Source: Flaccisagitta enflata (lineage: Eukaryota). From it: 64,000 bases of DNA. Where the stretch lies: NCBI GenBank assembly GCA_965153355.1, contig OZ231126.1, positions 4,402,001 to 4,466,000 on the forward strand, in the 5' to 3' direction. Positions 11,523 through 23,583 of this stretch are shown one piece after another. The position numbers and the translations under genes were made by a program. Position 1 is the first letter of the stretch. Each line of letters starts with the position of its first letter. The notes beneath the pieces were generated by a model. The model was given only the letters and a program-made list of their open reading frames with translations, searched no databases and was not told where the DNA came from.

Positions 11523-12325
11523 TCAAGGTATGCCATTATGGACATCAAGGTATGCCATTATGGACTTCAAGGTATGCCATTATGGACTTCAAGGTATGCC
11601 ATTATGGACTTCAAGGTATGCCATCATGGACTTCAAGGTATGCCATCATGGACTTCAAGGTATGCCATCATGGACTTCAAGGTATGCCATCATGGACTTC
11701 AAGGTATGCCATTATGGACTTCAAGGTATGCCATCATGGACTTCAAGGTATGCCATCATGGACTTCAAGGTATGCCATCATGGACTTCAAGGTATGCCAT
11801 CATGGACTTCAAGGTATGCCATCATGGACTACAAGGTATGCCATCATGGACTTCAAGGTATGCCATCATGGACTTCAAGGTATGCCATCATGGACTTCAA
11901 GGTATGCCATCATGGACTTCAAGGTATGCCATCATGGACTTCAAGGTATGCCATCATGGACTTCAAGGTATGCCATCATGGACTTCATATGCCATCATGG
12001 ACTTCTGGTATGCCATCATGGACTTCACAGTGCTCATGGACTTCAAGGTATGCCATCATGGACTTCAAGGTATGCCATCATGGACTTCTAAGTATGCCAT
12101 CATGGACTTCTAGGTATGCCATCATGGACTACTAGGTATGCCATCATGGACTTCAAGGTATGCCATCATGGACTTCAAGGTATGCCATCATGGACTTCAA
12201 GGTATGCCATCATGGACTTCAAGGTATGCCATCATGGACTTCAAGGTATGCCATCATGGACTTCAAGGTATGCCATCATGGACTTCAAGGTATGCCATCA
12301 AAGATTTCAAGGTATGCTATTATGG
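11523..12325. repeat. 22-bp minisatellite (GGACTTCAAGGTATGCCATCAT)n, about 36 copies
   Basis: Direct reading; highly homogeneous. Confidence 0.97.
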
Positions 12326-13063
12326 ATATATATATATATGCGTCTTGTATCTTCTCGAGTCGCGTTTGCGCGACGAGAAAGCTTCAATAATTACAGTCCC
12401 ACGGCTTTAGCCGTGGGACTGTAATTTTGAAGCTTTTTATAGTAATATTTAGCTGGGACTTAGGTGGTTTACATAGGTAGAGGGTAGTAAAGGTTAATGA
12501 ATTTTTTTTTGATTTGGTATACAAGTAGAGGGTAGTAAATAAACAACCCCTGCAAAATTCGAATCAAATCTGAAGTCTGGTTTATGAGATATTAGCTTAT
12601 TTATGTAGTAGTATGTTGCTAGGACTTAGGCAATTTACATAGGCAAAGGGTGGTAAAGGTATGTGAATTTTTTTCTAATTTGGTACACAAGTAGAGGGTA
12701 GTAAATAAATAACCCCTGCAAAATTCGAATTAAATCTGAAGTCTGGTTTATGAGATATTAGCTTATTTATGTAGTAATATGTTACTATGACTTAGGCAGT
12801 TTACATAGGCAAAGGGTAGCAAAGTTATGTGAATTCTTTTTTAATTTGGTATACAAGTAAAGGATATTAATTGAACTGCCCCTGCAAAATTCGAATTAAA
12901 TCTGAAGTCTGGTTTATAAGATATTAGCTTATTAATGTAGTAATATGTTACTAGGACTTAGGCGATTTATATAGAGGATTGTAGTTGATGAATTCTTTTA
13001 CTTGCTCATTTATTACATTCTGATTTTTCTTTAGTTTAGGTTTGCCATCATGGATTTCAAGAT

Positions 13064-13458
13064 TCATCTTCAACTACTGTCATCATCTTCAACTACTGTC
13101 ATCATCTTCAACTACTGTCATCATCTTCAACTACTGTCATCATCTTCAACTACTGTCATCATCTTCAACTACTGTCATCATCTTCAACTACTGTCATCAT
13201 CTTCAACTACTGTCATCATCTTCAACTACTGTCATCATCTTCTACTACTGTCATCATCTTCAACTACTGTCATCATCTTCAACTACTGTCATCATCTTCA
13301 ACTACTGTCATCATCTTCAACTACTGTCATCATCTTCAACTACTGTCATCATCTTCAACTACTGTCATCATCTTCAACTACTGTCATCATCTTCAACTAC
13401 TGTCATCATCTTCAACTACTGTCATCATCTTCAACTACTGTCATCATCTTCAACTACT
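13064..13458. repeat. 19-bp minisatellite (CATCATCTTCAACTACTGT)n, about 20 copies
   Basis: Direct reading. Confidence 0.97.
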
Positions 13459-14346
13459 AAATTTTAAAAAAAAAATTTTTTTGAAATTTTCATTTGAATT
13501 TTTTTGGAAATTTTTTTGGAAATTTTTTTGAAATTTTTTTGAATATTTTTTAAATTTTTTTTGAAATTTTCTAAATTTTCTGAAATTTTTTTTTTTGAAT
13601 ATTTTTTAAATTTTTTTTTTAAAATTTTTTTTTGAATATTTTTTAAATTTTTTTTTGAATATTTTTGAAATTTTTTTTTGAATTTTTTTTTAAATATTTT
13701 TTAAATTTTTTTTTTTGAAGTTTTAAAAAAATTTTTAAAAAATTTTATTTTTATTTTTTTTTTTTTGAAATTGTTTAAAAAATTTTTTGAATATTTTTGT
13801 TGTCATTATTATTCATTGTTGTCATCATCATCATCTAATATTGTTATTATTATCATGTTTTGTCATCACTAAAACAATACTGAATATTTTTACTTTTTCT
13901 TGAAATTGCTGTTTTGTCGTGTATCTTATCGAGTTGCGTTTACGCAACGAAAAAGCTTCAAAAATTTTGAAGCTTTTTTATTACAAATTGTCACCGATTA
14001 TACGCACGGAACATGTGGCAATTGTGGCGTGTAACATGTGACATGTCGCGTTCTGTCTTTCTACTGACTTGTCCTGTTAATTATTTCGACATGTTCGATA
14101 GTGACTACACCGTCGGGTGCAGAAGCAGTGGTGAAGACATCGTTTGCAAAGGAGGATCGAGGACGTCATGAACGTACGGACTGATAGACAGACTGATGGA
14201 TGAAGTACGAGTCGCGTGCCAGCGACCATTCAGTCTACGCTGCATCACCATCAATTGCGTAAAACATTCAATTTTCTGCCGTGAAATGTGTGAAATTACG
14301 TATGCCCCAAAAGATCCCGTCTCCGAAAAAGAATATGAGAGAAAGA

Positions 14347-14428
<82 letters not shown>

Positions 14429-14548
14429 TAGGAGGCACGGACACAGGGACAGAATTGTGGAGAGACTCATACAAAGAGACGGATTTACAGGAAGAGAGAG
14501 ATGGATTGAGAGAAAAGCGGAGAGAAAATGGAGAGAGAGAGTGAAAGC

Positions 14549-14595
<47 letters not shown>

Positions 14596-15054
14596 GTACT
14601 TACACTGATATACGTACTCATCAGCCCTCTCGGGCCTCACATCAGTCCTCTCAGGCCTCTCATCTGCCCTCTCAAGCCTCACATCAGCTCTCAAAGCTTT
14701 ATCTGCCCTGTCAGGCCTCAAAATAGTCCTGCCGGGCCTAAAATCTGCCCTCTCGGGCCTCACACTAGCCCTCTCAGGCCTTACATCTGCCCCGAAAGGC
14801 TTCAAATCAGCCCTCTGAGGCCTGAAGTCATTCCTTCATCTACAATCTAGCCTTGTTAGGTCTCAAGCAGGTTTTATTGACCAAAAATCAGAGATCTTGA
14901 AACAACTCCTTAATCTAGTCGCAATCATAATAGTCACAAAAGCGTGCGATGGTCAACGGTACCCGTGTCCTGCTTAAGTAGTTAGTGATCAAAGTTAAGG
15001 GAGGGAGCAGGGCAGCGGCTTCAAAGGGTCGAAAATTCCCCATATTATTTAATA

Positions 15055-15460
15055 CACTTTTTATTTTTTATAAGAACGTCATTTTTTTTTTGAAGGCTTC
15101 ATGTTCTTATTTTTAAGGCAAAATTAAGCCTTTAATGTTTTAAGAGCGTTTTTAATCTTAAATACCAAACAAATTATAGTATACCTTTTAATTCACTATA
15201 AATGATAAAAATTAATGTATTTTTATCAATAACTGCTGAAAAAAATACTTAATTATGAAGTCAAGGGATATATTTATGGTATTCATATAAGAAATAATGG
15301 AAAATTATTGTAAATCTATTAATTTCAAGTATTTTATCAATATTTCAAAAATTTTCTTAGAATTTGAAGCCTTCATATGTTCTTAAGATGTTCTTAATTT
15401 TAAGGCAATTTGAAGCCTTGATGTTCTTATAAACTAGGTTCTTATAAAAAATAAAAAGTG
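15055..15460. mobile_element. TA-flanked MITE (CAC-polyT-ATAAGAAC family)
   Basis: TIR CACTTTTTATTTTTTATAAGAAC / GTTCTTATAAAAAATAAAAAGTG with TA flanks; a second copy at 22040-22538 in the opposite orientation. Confidence 0.8.
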
Positions 15461-15714
15461 TAGGTCATCAAGCCCTTCGGGACCACTGCCTAAAAAGCCA
15501 GGCAGTGGCCTAAAGTTAACCCTACCACATAATCTCCTTGGCTTGAGCAACTGATTAGGGCTAAGGAACCCATGAATTTCAATATTCTGGCGAAAGTGCC
15601 TTCTGATGGGTACTTATCTTTATTAATCCTTTTATCAGAGAGTTTGGAGCCGGAGATCCACAAAAGAAAATCGACGACTTAATAAAAACAACTACAAAAA
15701 CATCAAATTGGTAA

Positions 15715-15868
15715 CATCAATGACATCGAAATGTTGACAACAATGACATCGAAATGGTGACAACAATGACATCGAAATGGGTGACAACTATGACATCGAA
15801 ATGGTGACAACAATGACATAGAAATGGTAACAACAATGACATCGAAATGGGTGACAACTATGACATAA
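15715..15868. repeat. 23-bp minisatellite (GACATCGAAATGGTGACAACAAT)n
   Basis: About 6 copies, direct reading. Confidence 0.9.
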
Positions 15869-16199
15869 CAACGATAAAAATATCTCCTAACAGTAAACTA
15901 AAAGGAGGACATGCTACGTTATTCTTCCAAATGTAAAAAAGACTATCAGCTCAAAAACAAAAGGAAACAAAAAACAAGAAAAATATGACGAAATGACAAA
16001 ATTTGAAAAAAAAACCTATTGAATCACTGCCATTTATCAATGAACCTTTTTAATGTTACTCCAAAATATCCAACCCGTTTGCATGCCAATTTAACAACTG
16101 TAATTTCTCTTCATTCATCGCAAGAAAAAAAAGTCTTGTCTATATGAAAATTTTATTTTACATTGTACTTCAAAAAACAACATTTCTACTAAGCAGAAC

Positions 16200-16298
<99 letters not shown>

Positions 16299-16900
16299 TT
16301 TCTTCTTAGCAGAGCGGGACAATGGATCAAACCGATTCAAAAAGAGGGATGAAAATAAAGCAAACGATAGAATTATAACAACATGAACGTAATCTAAGGA
16401 TGCCGGATCGTGAAGGTAACTCAATCGCCGATTGAGTCAATCGGACTACTTTTCCTTCTGCGACTCATGATTTCGCATCAAATAGAACGGATGGAAAACC
16501 CTAAACTACTATAACAGTAACAACAAAAACAACAACCGATAAGTACAACATTTTTTAGCCGACAACGACAACAACATCCCACAATGACAAATACATCCGA
16601 CAATGACACCAACGTTTCACAATGACAACAGCATCTCCCAATTAAAACAACATCCGACATTCCGACAACAACAAGAACTTTCGTCAGTTATACTTATGCA
16701 ACAAAGGAAAGAGACGAAATGTAGGGCAAACTCAAACAGTCAATTCTCGGTCGATCGTTTATAAAGGAAATTATTAGCATATAAACGATGTTCCTCAGAT
16801 GCCAACACTCGTAAGAAGTCGTTAGCAGACAATGGGCAACATCTACCAACACTAATTTAGGAAGTTGTTAGCATACAATGGCCAACAACTACCAACACTC

Positions 16901-16982
16901 ATGGCGACCTTTAAAATCTACCTCAGCTTCGTTACGGTGGCCGCGATTGCCACGTTTTCTTGTCTTCCTCATTTGGTTCGAG
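16901..16982 (+). CDS. Probable first coding exon encoding a signal peptide
   Basis: CTCATGG start; MATFKIYLSFVTVAAIATFSCLPHLVRG has a basic n-region, hydrophobic core and V-R-G cleavage-like motif; strong phase-1 donor GAG|GTGAGT. Confidence 0.65.
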
Positions 16983-18566
16983 GTGAGTTGCTCATTTGTT
17001 TGTGCCCACATTCCTTTTCTTCCTCATTTGGTTCGAGGTAAGTTGCTCATTTGTCCGAGCCAACATTCCTTGTTTTCCTCATTTGGTTAGAGGTAAGTTA
17101 CCCATTTATTTGTGCCCACCTTCTTTGTTTTCCTCATTTGGTTTAAGATTAGTTGCTCATTTAGTTATTTGTGCCCTTATTTCTTGTCTTCCTCATTTGG
17201 TTTGAGGTTAGTTGCTCATTTGTTTGTGCCCATATTCCTTGTCTTCCTCGTTTGGTTCGAGGTGAGTTGCTCATTTGTTTGTGCCCACATTCCTTTTCTT
17301 CCTCATTTGGTTCGAGGTAAGTTGCTCATTTGTCCGTGCCAACATTCCTTGTCTTCCTCATTTGGTTAGAGGTAAGTTGCCCATTTATTTGTGCCCACCT
17401 TCTTTGTTTTCCTCATTTGGTTTGAGATTAGTTGCTCATTTAGTTATTTGTGCCCTCATTTCTTGTCTTCCTCATTTGGTTTGAGGTTAGTTGCTCATTT
17501 GTTTGTGCCCATATTCCTTGTCTTCCTCATTTGGTTCGAGGTAAGTTGCTCGTTTGTTTGTGCCCACATTCTTTGTCTTCCTCATTTGGTTTGAGGTAAG
17601 TTGCTCATTTGTTTGTGCCAACATTCCTTGTCTTCCTCATTTGGTTAGAGGTTAGTTGCTCATTTATTTGTGCCCACCTTCCTTGTTTTCCTCATTTGGT
17701 TTGAGATTAGTTGCTCATTTAGTTATTTGTGCCCTTATTCCCTGTCTTCCTCATTTGGTTTGAGGTTAGTTGAACATTTATTTGTCCCCACTTTCCTTGT
17801 CTTCCTCATTTGGTTTAAGGTTAGTTGCTTATTTAGTTATTTGTGCCCTTATTCCTTGTCTTCCTCATTTGGTTTGAGGTATGTTGCTCATTTGTTTGTG
17901 CCCACCTTCTTTGTCTTCCTCATTTGGTTTGAGATAAGTTGCTCATTTGTTTGTGCCCACATTCCTTGTCTTCCTCATTTCGAGGTAAGTTGCTCTTTTG
18001 TTTGTGCCCACATTCCATGTCTTCCTCATTTGGTTCAAGGTAAGTTGCTCATTTGATTGTGCCAACATTCCTTGTCTTTGTCAGTTGGTTCGAGGCAAGT
18101 TGCTCATTTGTTTGTGCCCACATTCTTTGTTTCCTCATTTGGTTTGAGGTAAGTTACTCATTTATTTGTGCCCGCCATCCTTGTCTTCCTCATTTGGTTC
18201 GAGGTTAGTTGCTCATTTAGTTATTTGTGCCCTTATTCCTTGTCTTCCTCATTTGGTTGGAGCTTAGTTGCACATTTATTTGTGCCCGCTTTCCTTGTCT
18301 TCCTCATTTGGTTTAAGGTTAGTTGCTCATTTAGTCATATGTGCCCTTTTTCCTTGTCTTCCTCAATTGGTTTGAGGTAAGTTGCTCATTTAGTTTTTTC
18401 TGCCCTTATTACTTTTCTTCCTCAATTGGTTTGGGATTAGTTGCTCATTTAGTTTTTTGTGCCCTCTTTCCTTGTCTTCCTCAATTGGTTCAAGGTAAGT
18501 TGCTCATTCATTTGTTTGTGCTTTCATTCCTTGTCTTCCTCCTTTGGCTCGAGGTATGTTGCTCAC
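16955..18566 (+). repeat. 55-59-bp minisatellite copying the signal-exon 3' end and donor; resumes at 21674-22038
   Basis: Unit TGTCTTCCTCATTTGGTTCGAGGTAAGTTGCTCATTTGTTTGTGCCCACATTCCT; about 28 copies plus about 6 after the transposon nest. Confidence 0.95.
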
Positions 18567-18594
18567 TTACTATTTAGGATGATCCTAGGTAGTA

Positions 18595-19587
18595 CCTAGG
18601 AAATAATTATTGCATCAAACAAGCACCCTCATCTTCATTAGTATAGAAATGATTGGATTTAGTTTTTCTAAAAGGGAAAAACGATCTTTGAGAAATTTTC
18701 TCTCGATCTAGACCAACCAGAACTCTACAGCTTTATTTGTTTAAAAGTTACGGATAAAAACGTTAAGTGATGTCAAATACAAGATGCCAAGAAAATACTC
18801 TCGCTATCAATTGGAATGACATCAGCTTTTCTATGTATTAAGCTTTTTATTTGGGAATTTTCGGGGTAAATTCTTCTTCTTCTTTTGTAATTTATGCTTT
18901 TACATACCCTCCTCGAAGGAGCCCCAACAGCGCTATAAATATCATGGTTCTACTTTACGATGTAACACATGATGCCTAGGCTCAACGACTTGATCATATT
19001 TAAGTGCGTCCTCGCACTTCTATAAGAGGTCATGTCCGTTGGTTGGTCGGTTGGTCGGTCGGTCGGTTGGTAACGCAAACGTTTGAAATGCGCAAAACGG
19101 CTCATTCTGACGTGTTTCTTCATTCCTATCACCTTTCATGCCTTACCACATTCATTTTCATCCATCCATTCATTCATTCATTCATTCATTCATTCATCAA
19201 AAACGTTCATTCACAAGTTCTTAATCAAGCGAGGCGCACTTATTGGCCTTTACTTGGCCTTGTTCTTACCAAAATTGCCTTTGCCATCCCTTTTTTTTGG
19301 TTTCTCTCTTTACCTTCTAGTCGCGGACACGCGACTCTACACCTTGCTGTGTCGGTCAGTCTGTCGGTCCGTCCATCCATAACATTTTTGAATTGCGAGC
19401 GGTTTTCGCATTACTGCTCCTGCCCAAGCGTCCGAGACTGGATTGCCGTGTATCTGGCCTTGTTAACGAATGGTCTAGATCAAAAGAAAATTTCTCAGTG
19501 ATTATTTTTCCTTTTTGAATAAAGTTATTTCGTTCAATCTTGGGCGAGTCATGATGGGTTAGCTTGATGCAATGATAATTTCCTAGG
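18595..19587. mobile_element. TA-flanked TIR element containing two HINE-like insertions
   Basis: CCTAGGAAATAATTATTGCATCAA / TTGATGCAATGATAATTTCCTAGG imperfect TIR, TA on both sides. Confidence 0.6.
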
Positions 19588-19620
19588 TAGTACAGTAGAT
19601 GTCATCTAGACTTGGAAATA

Positions 19621-21128
19621 CAGAGTCGCTGATTGTGGAGCAGCTTGCAGCGCCGCTGCTCGGAAGAGTTGACGGCCAGTCGGAAGGTTCCAGAAGTCAT
19701 GAAGGAAGAAAGAAGGAAAAGAGAAAGAAAAAAAAGAAGGAAAAAAGAGAAGAGGGGAAGGAAAAAAGAAGAAAACAAGGCCAACACCTATAAGTAGCGT
19801 GCAGGACATAAATAACTTTAAATGACTTAGAATGACTTAATATGACTTAAAATGCTTAAAAAATGACTTATAATGCCCTAAAATGACTAAAAACAACTTA
19901 AAGAAATCAAAAAAGTAAAGTTTGACAGACCGACCGACCAACCAACCGACGGACCAGGCGGGCTGTAGAGTCGCTTGCACGCGACTAAAAAAAAGCAAAA
20001 AAATTGCTTTTGTTAGATGAATTCATTTAGACTTTAGTTTGTAATGGATAGGATCAACAGATACGCACAAAAGACAGGAATACAAAGATTAATTGGTTAA
20101 TTTATAGGAAGATGGACGGATAGATGCATAGATGGATAGATGAATAGATAGATAGATAGATAGATAGATAGAATATAGACTGATAGATAAAGAAATAGCT
20201 GGATACATTAATCGATAGATGAAAATATAGAAAGACAGAGAAGTAAAGGCAATTTCTCCTATAAAGTGGGCTAGCTGAAAAACATGATTTGGCAAGCAAA
20301 AAAACACAGTTTTCTCACACCAATCATTTTGTTGATAATGATAACTGTTCTGATACATCCCCTGGGATCACGTGTCTAACATACATGCTTCATAATCAAG
20401 ATTTTGATAGATTAGGTGGCCAAAAGTAGAGCCAAATAAGCCTATTTTCCCTGTCACATTTATGTCACTTCATATCTACTATGATAAAGACACCAAGAAA
20501 TTCAAGCCTATCCAACTATGGTCATTTTGTACCATTACTATCCCTAAAGAAACACCAAAATTTCATGGTGATCATCGTCATTTACTATGGAAAAAGTTTG
20601 CTCATAGTTGATTTGTCAAATATGAAAATATTCAATCTTGATATAGAAATGCTGTACACAAAAAAGCATACTTTTAAGTGTGATGGAAAATTTCTTTTTT
20701 TCTCCTGTTTAGTAAAGACATAACTCAGGTTACATGCCAAATTTCAGACCTTAACGTCTGTTCTAGCCGGAGATATTGATTTTTTATAAAAGTGTCCTAT
20801 CGAGTTAACACCTTGTCACACTATGTCACGCCGTTTTTCATAAAAAGTCATATGATTAAACACAGTTTAAGACTTTAAGTGATTTTTTCAGTGTGTCTTG
20901 AAAAAGTATCAAATTTTGAGCCTATAACCCAAATTTCAAGCTGATAGTTGCAACTTTCATTGAATTATATTATTTTTTTCAATGTTAACTCAATCAGGCA
21001 CTCAATTTTTGCCGGCCCGGTTTATAGGAGAAACTGCCTAAATGGGTATGTATACTGATAGATAGCTAGTCGGAAGATTTTGGGAGGAGTTTCTGCTACT
21101 CGGAATGAAAACAAAATCAGCGGGTCTG
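19621..21128. mobile_element. hAT-like non-autonomous element with 8-bp TSD
   Basis: TGGAAATA at 19613-19620 and 21129-21136; TIR CAGAGTCGCTGATT / AATCAGCGGGTCTG. Confidence 0.78.
20248..21038. mobile_element. TIR element with 4-bp TAAA TSD (Kolobok-like)
   Basis: GGCAATTTCTCCTATAAA / TTTATAGGAGAAACTGCC flanked by TAAA; related degenerate sequence near 24210-24660. Confidence 0.65.
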
Positions 21129-22039
21129 TGGAAATATGGGGGAATTCACTACAGGCAGACAAATATACTTGAGAGACTGATATTTGGAATATAGGCTAAT
21201 AAAAGGATGCTTTATTGCCCATGGGTGTTGGTTGCTATGGAAACACATTTCCATGTATTTACGCTAAAGTATTAATATTTTGAGAAATTTTTTGAGGGAA
21301 CATTGTTTATAATAAAATTTGCAACAACTTTCCCACAATAGTTCTGTAAGAATATTGCTCGTTTAGCCGTTGCTAGGGAGCGTAACTATGTGGGACAGGC
21401 CTGTGATACTCGGTAGCAACCGCTAAACGAGCGATATTCTTACAGAACATATTGTGGGAAAGTTTTAGCAAATTTTATTTTAAACAATGTTCCCTCAAAA
21501 AATTTCTTAAAATATTGATACTTTAGTGTAAATGTATTTCCATGGCAGCCAACACCGATGGGCAATAAAGCATCCTTTTATTTATTTTCATTTCAAATAG
21601 CAGTCTCTTTGGTTTATTTGTCTTCCTGTAATGAATTCCCCCGTATTTCCAAGTCTAGACGACATCTATTGTATTTATTTGTGCCCTCTTTCCTTGTCTT
21701 CCTCATTTGGTTCGAGTTCTGTTGCTCCATTGTTTGTGCCCACATTTCCGGTCTTGCTCATTTGTATATTTGGTTCGAGGTAAGTTGCTCATTTATTTGT
21801 TCGTACTTTCATTCCTTGTCTGCCTCATTTGGTTTTAAGTTTAAGTTTAATTTTAAGTCATTTAGGTATTTGTGCCCTCATTCCTTATCTTCCTCATTCG
21901 GTTTGAAGTTTGTTGCTTATTCATTTGTTTATGCCCTCATTTCTTGTCTCTCTCTTTTGATTTGAGGTAAGTTGCTCATTTATTTGTTTGTGCCCTCATT
22001 CCTTGTCTTCCTGATTTGGTTCGAGGTAAGTTGCTCATA

Positions 22040-22538
22040 CACTTTTTTTTTTTTATAAGAACCAAGTTTATAAGAACATAAGGCTTCAAATCGTCAAAAA
22101 TTTAAGAACATGCTAAGAACATTGAAAGGCTTCATTTCTAGAAAAATTTAAGAACAATAGGCTTAAAATCCTAAAAATCTAAGAACATTTTTTTCGTGGC
22201 TTTTTTTTAATCAATTGATCTTTGTAAATGGACCAACTCTGTATCTTTTCTGTTTAACAAATCATGTCTCCCTATATATAGCATATATTTTTCTACTTTC
22301 ATTGATCTTAATTCACTTAAAACGTTTAAATCTGCTACTTTGTTGTTTCATTGACATTTTCCTTCATTTTCTCCTTAATCACAAACTTATAACTAATTAA
22401 GAACGTTCTTAATTGAAGGTTAAAAAGTGTGTTTAAATTAAGAACAATTTAAGAACGTTCAAACCTTGAAACTGCTCAAAATTTAAGAACATTGAAGGCT
22501 TGCTCAAAAAATGACGTTCTTATAAAAAAAAAAAAGTG
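22040..22538. mobile_element. TA-flanked MITE, same family as 15055-15460
   Basis: CAC(T)nATAAGAAC / GTTCTTAT(A)nGTG with TA flanks. Confidence 0.8.
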
Positions 22539-23000
22539 TATAGTTTTTTGTGCCCTTATTTGGTTTGAGTTAAGTCTCAATTAATTTCTTTCATCAACAC
22601 AGACAAACAAGACAGTGTACGTTGGGTCACAAAGTTGTGGCAGATGTGTGGGCAGGGGCAAGCAACCCCCAGCCTCACCCCAACCCCACCCCTAACCCCC
22701 TCCAACACACTCGCACATACACAGAACCAACTGCAGTATCATAAATGCGCGTTTTTTGCGTGACAGACTTAAGACAGACCAACAGACTGATGGATCGACG
22801 GACGGACAAAGCCTCTTAAAGAGAATAACTGATCACATCGGCTATGTCCCGGAATACTTGATGGAACAAAAAACAAGGCTGGATACACAGCAATCCAGTC
22901 ACGGACGGTTGAGCAGGTGCAGTAATGTGAAAACCGCTCGCAATTCAACAAGGCCAGTTACATAGCAATCCAGACGTGGACGGTTGGGCAGGAGCAGTAA

Positions 23001-23583
23001 CAGGCTGTGCACAAAATTTGGCAAAATTTTATTAGGAACAATCTTAAACTGCTTTCAAATGATTTTTTTATAAAAATATAGCTTTGATATGTTGGTTTCA
23101 TAAATCTATTTGCCTACAGGCAGCAAGACTTCATGAATTGAAATCAGTGGAGGGGAGGAAAGGTCAATTTAGGGTGGTCTGGGGTCTGATGAACAAAACA
23201 AAATTGATAGTGACTTTTATATTGTTTTAATTTATTTTTTACAATTGTTTTAAGCCAATTTTGAGTCAGAATGACCAAACTGCTTCTATGATGATTACCC
23301 CTCAATGAATTGACCACTTTGGGATACTGATTAGGATGTAATATTACGTTTAATGATGGATATCCTCAGCTTTGTTTTACTGGTAAAAATTCTGTGAAAT
23401 AGGAAAATTTGACTAGAGCATAATTCATTCTTTTGCCAACCAAGATTGTTTTTATGAAAAAACTGCACATTCTAACATTTAGTAGAACTAATTAGGAGGC
23501 TACACTTCAAATTTCGTGTTACTGGGCCATCAAAAAGTGTTTTTTGTGCTTTAATGTTTTTGCCAAATTTTATGCGCACCCTG
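23001..23583. mobile_element. TIR element inserted into a HINE-like copy
   Basis: CAGGCTGTGCACAAAATTTGGCAAAA / TTTTGCCAAATTTTATGCGCACCCTG; splits the host motif GAGCAGTAA..TGCAAAA. Confidence 0.65.

Larger units (their letters stand above)
10690..13980. mobile_element. Composite Helentron-like repeat block carrying satellite arrays
   Basis: Palindrome GTCCCACGG..CCGTGGGAC at 10849 and 12396; two similar hairpin-rich ends (12346-12438, 13921-13979); about 170-bp tandem units (11075-11420, 12450-12970) that also occur inverted at 10730-10845 and 10945-11060. Confidence 0.55.
19593..21671. mobile_element. TA-flanked foldback MITE interrupted in its left TIR
   Basis: CAGTAGATGTCATCTAGACTTGGAAATA / TATTTCCAAGTCTAGACGACATCTATTG; long palindrome 21129-21650. 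Confidence 0.82.

Noticed and set aside
11523-13458. Regular short repeats resembling a CRISPR array
   Set aside because: Head-to-tail units with no unique spacers and no cas genes; eukaryotic context.
13990-14335. Unique GC-richer stretch that looks exon-like
   Set aside because: No frame with convincing splice sites could be tied to a neighbouring gene.
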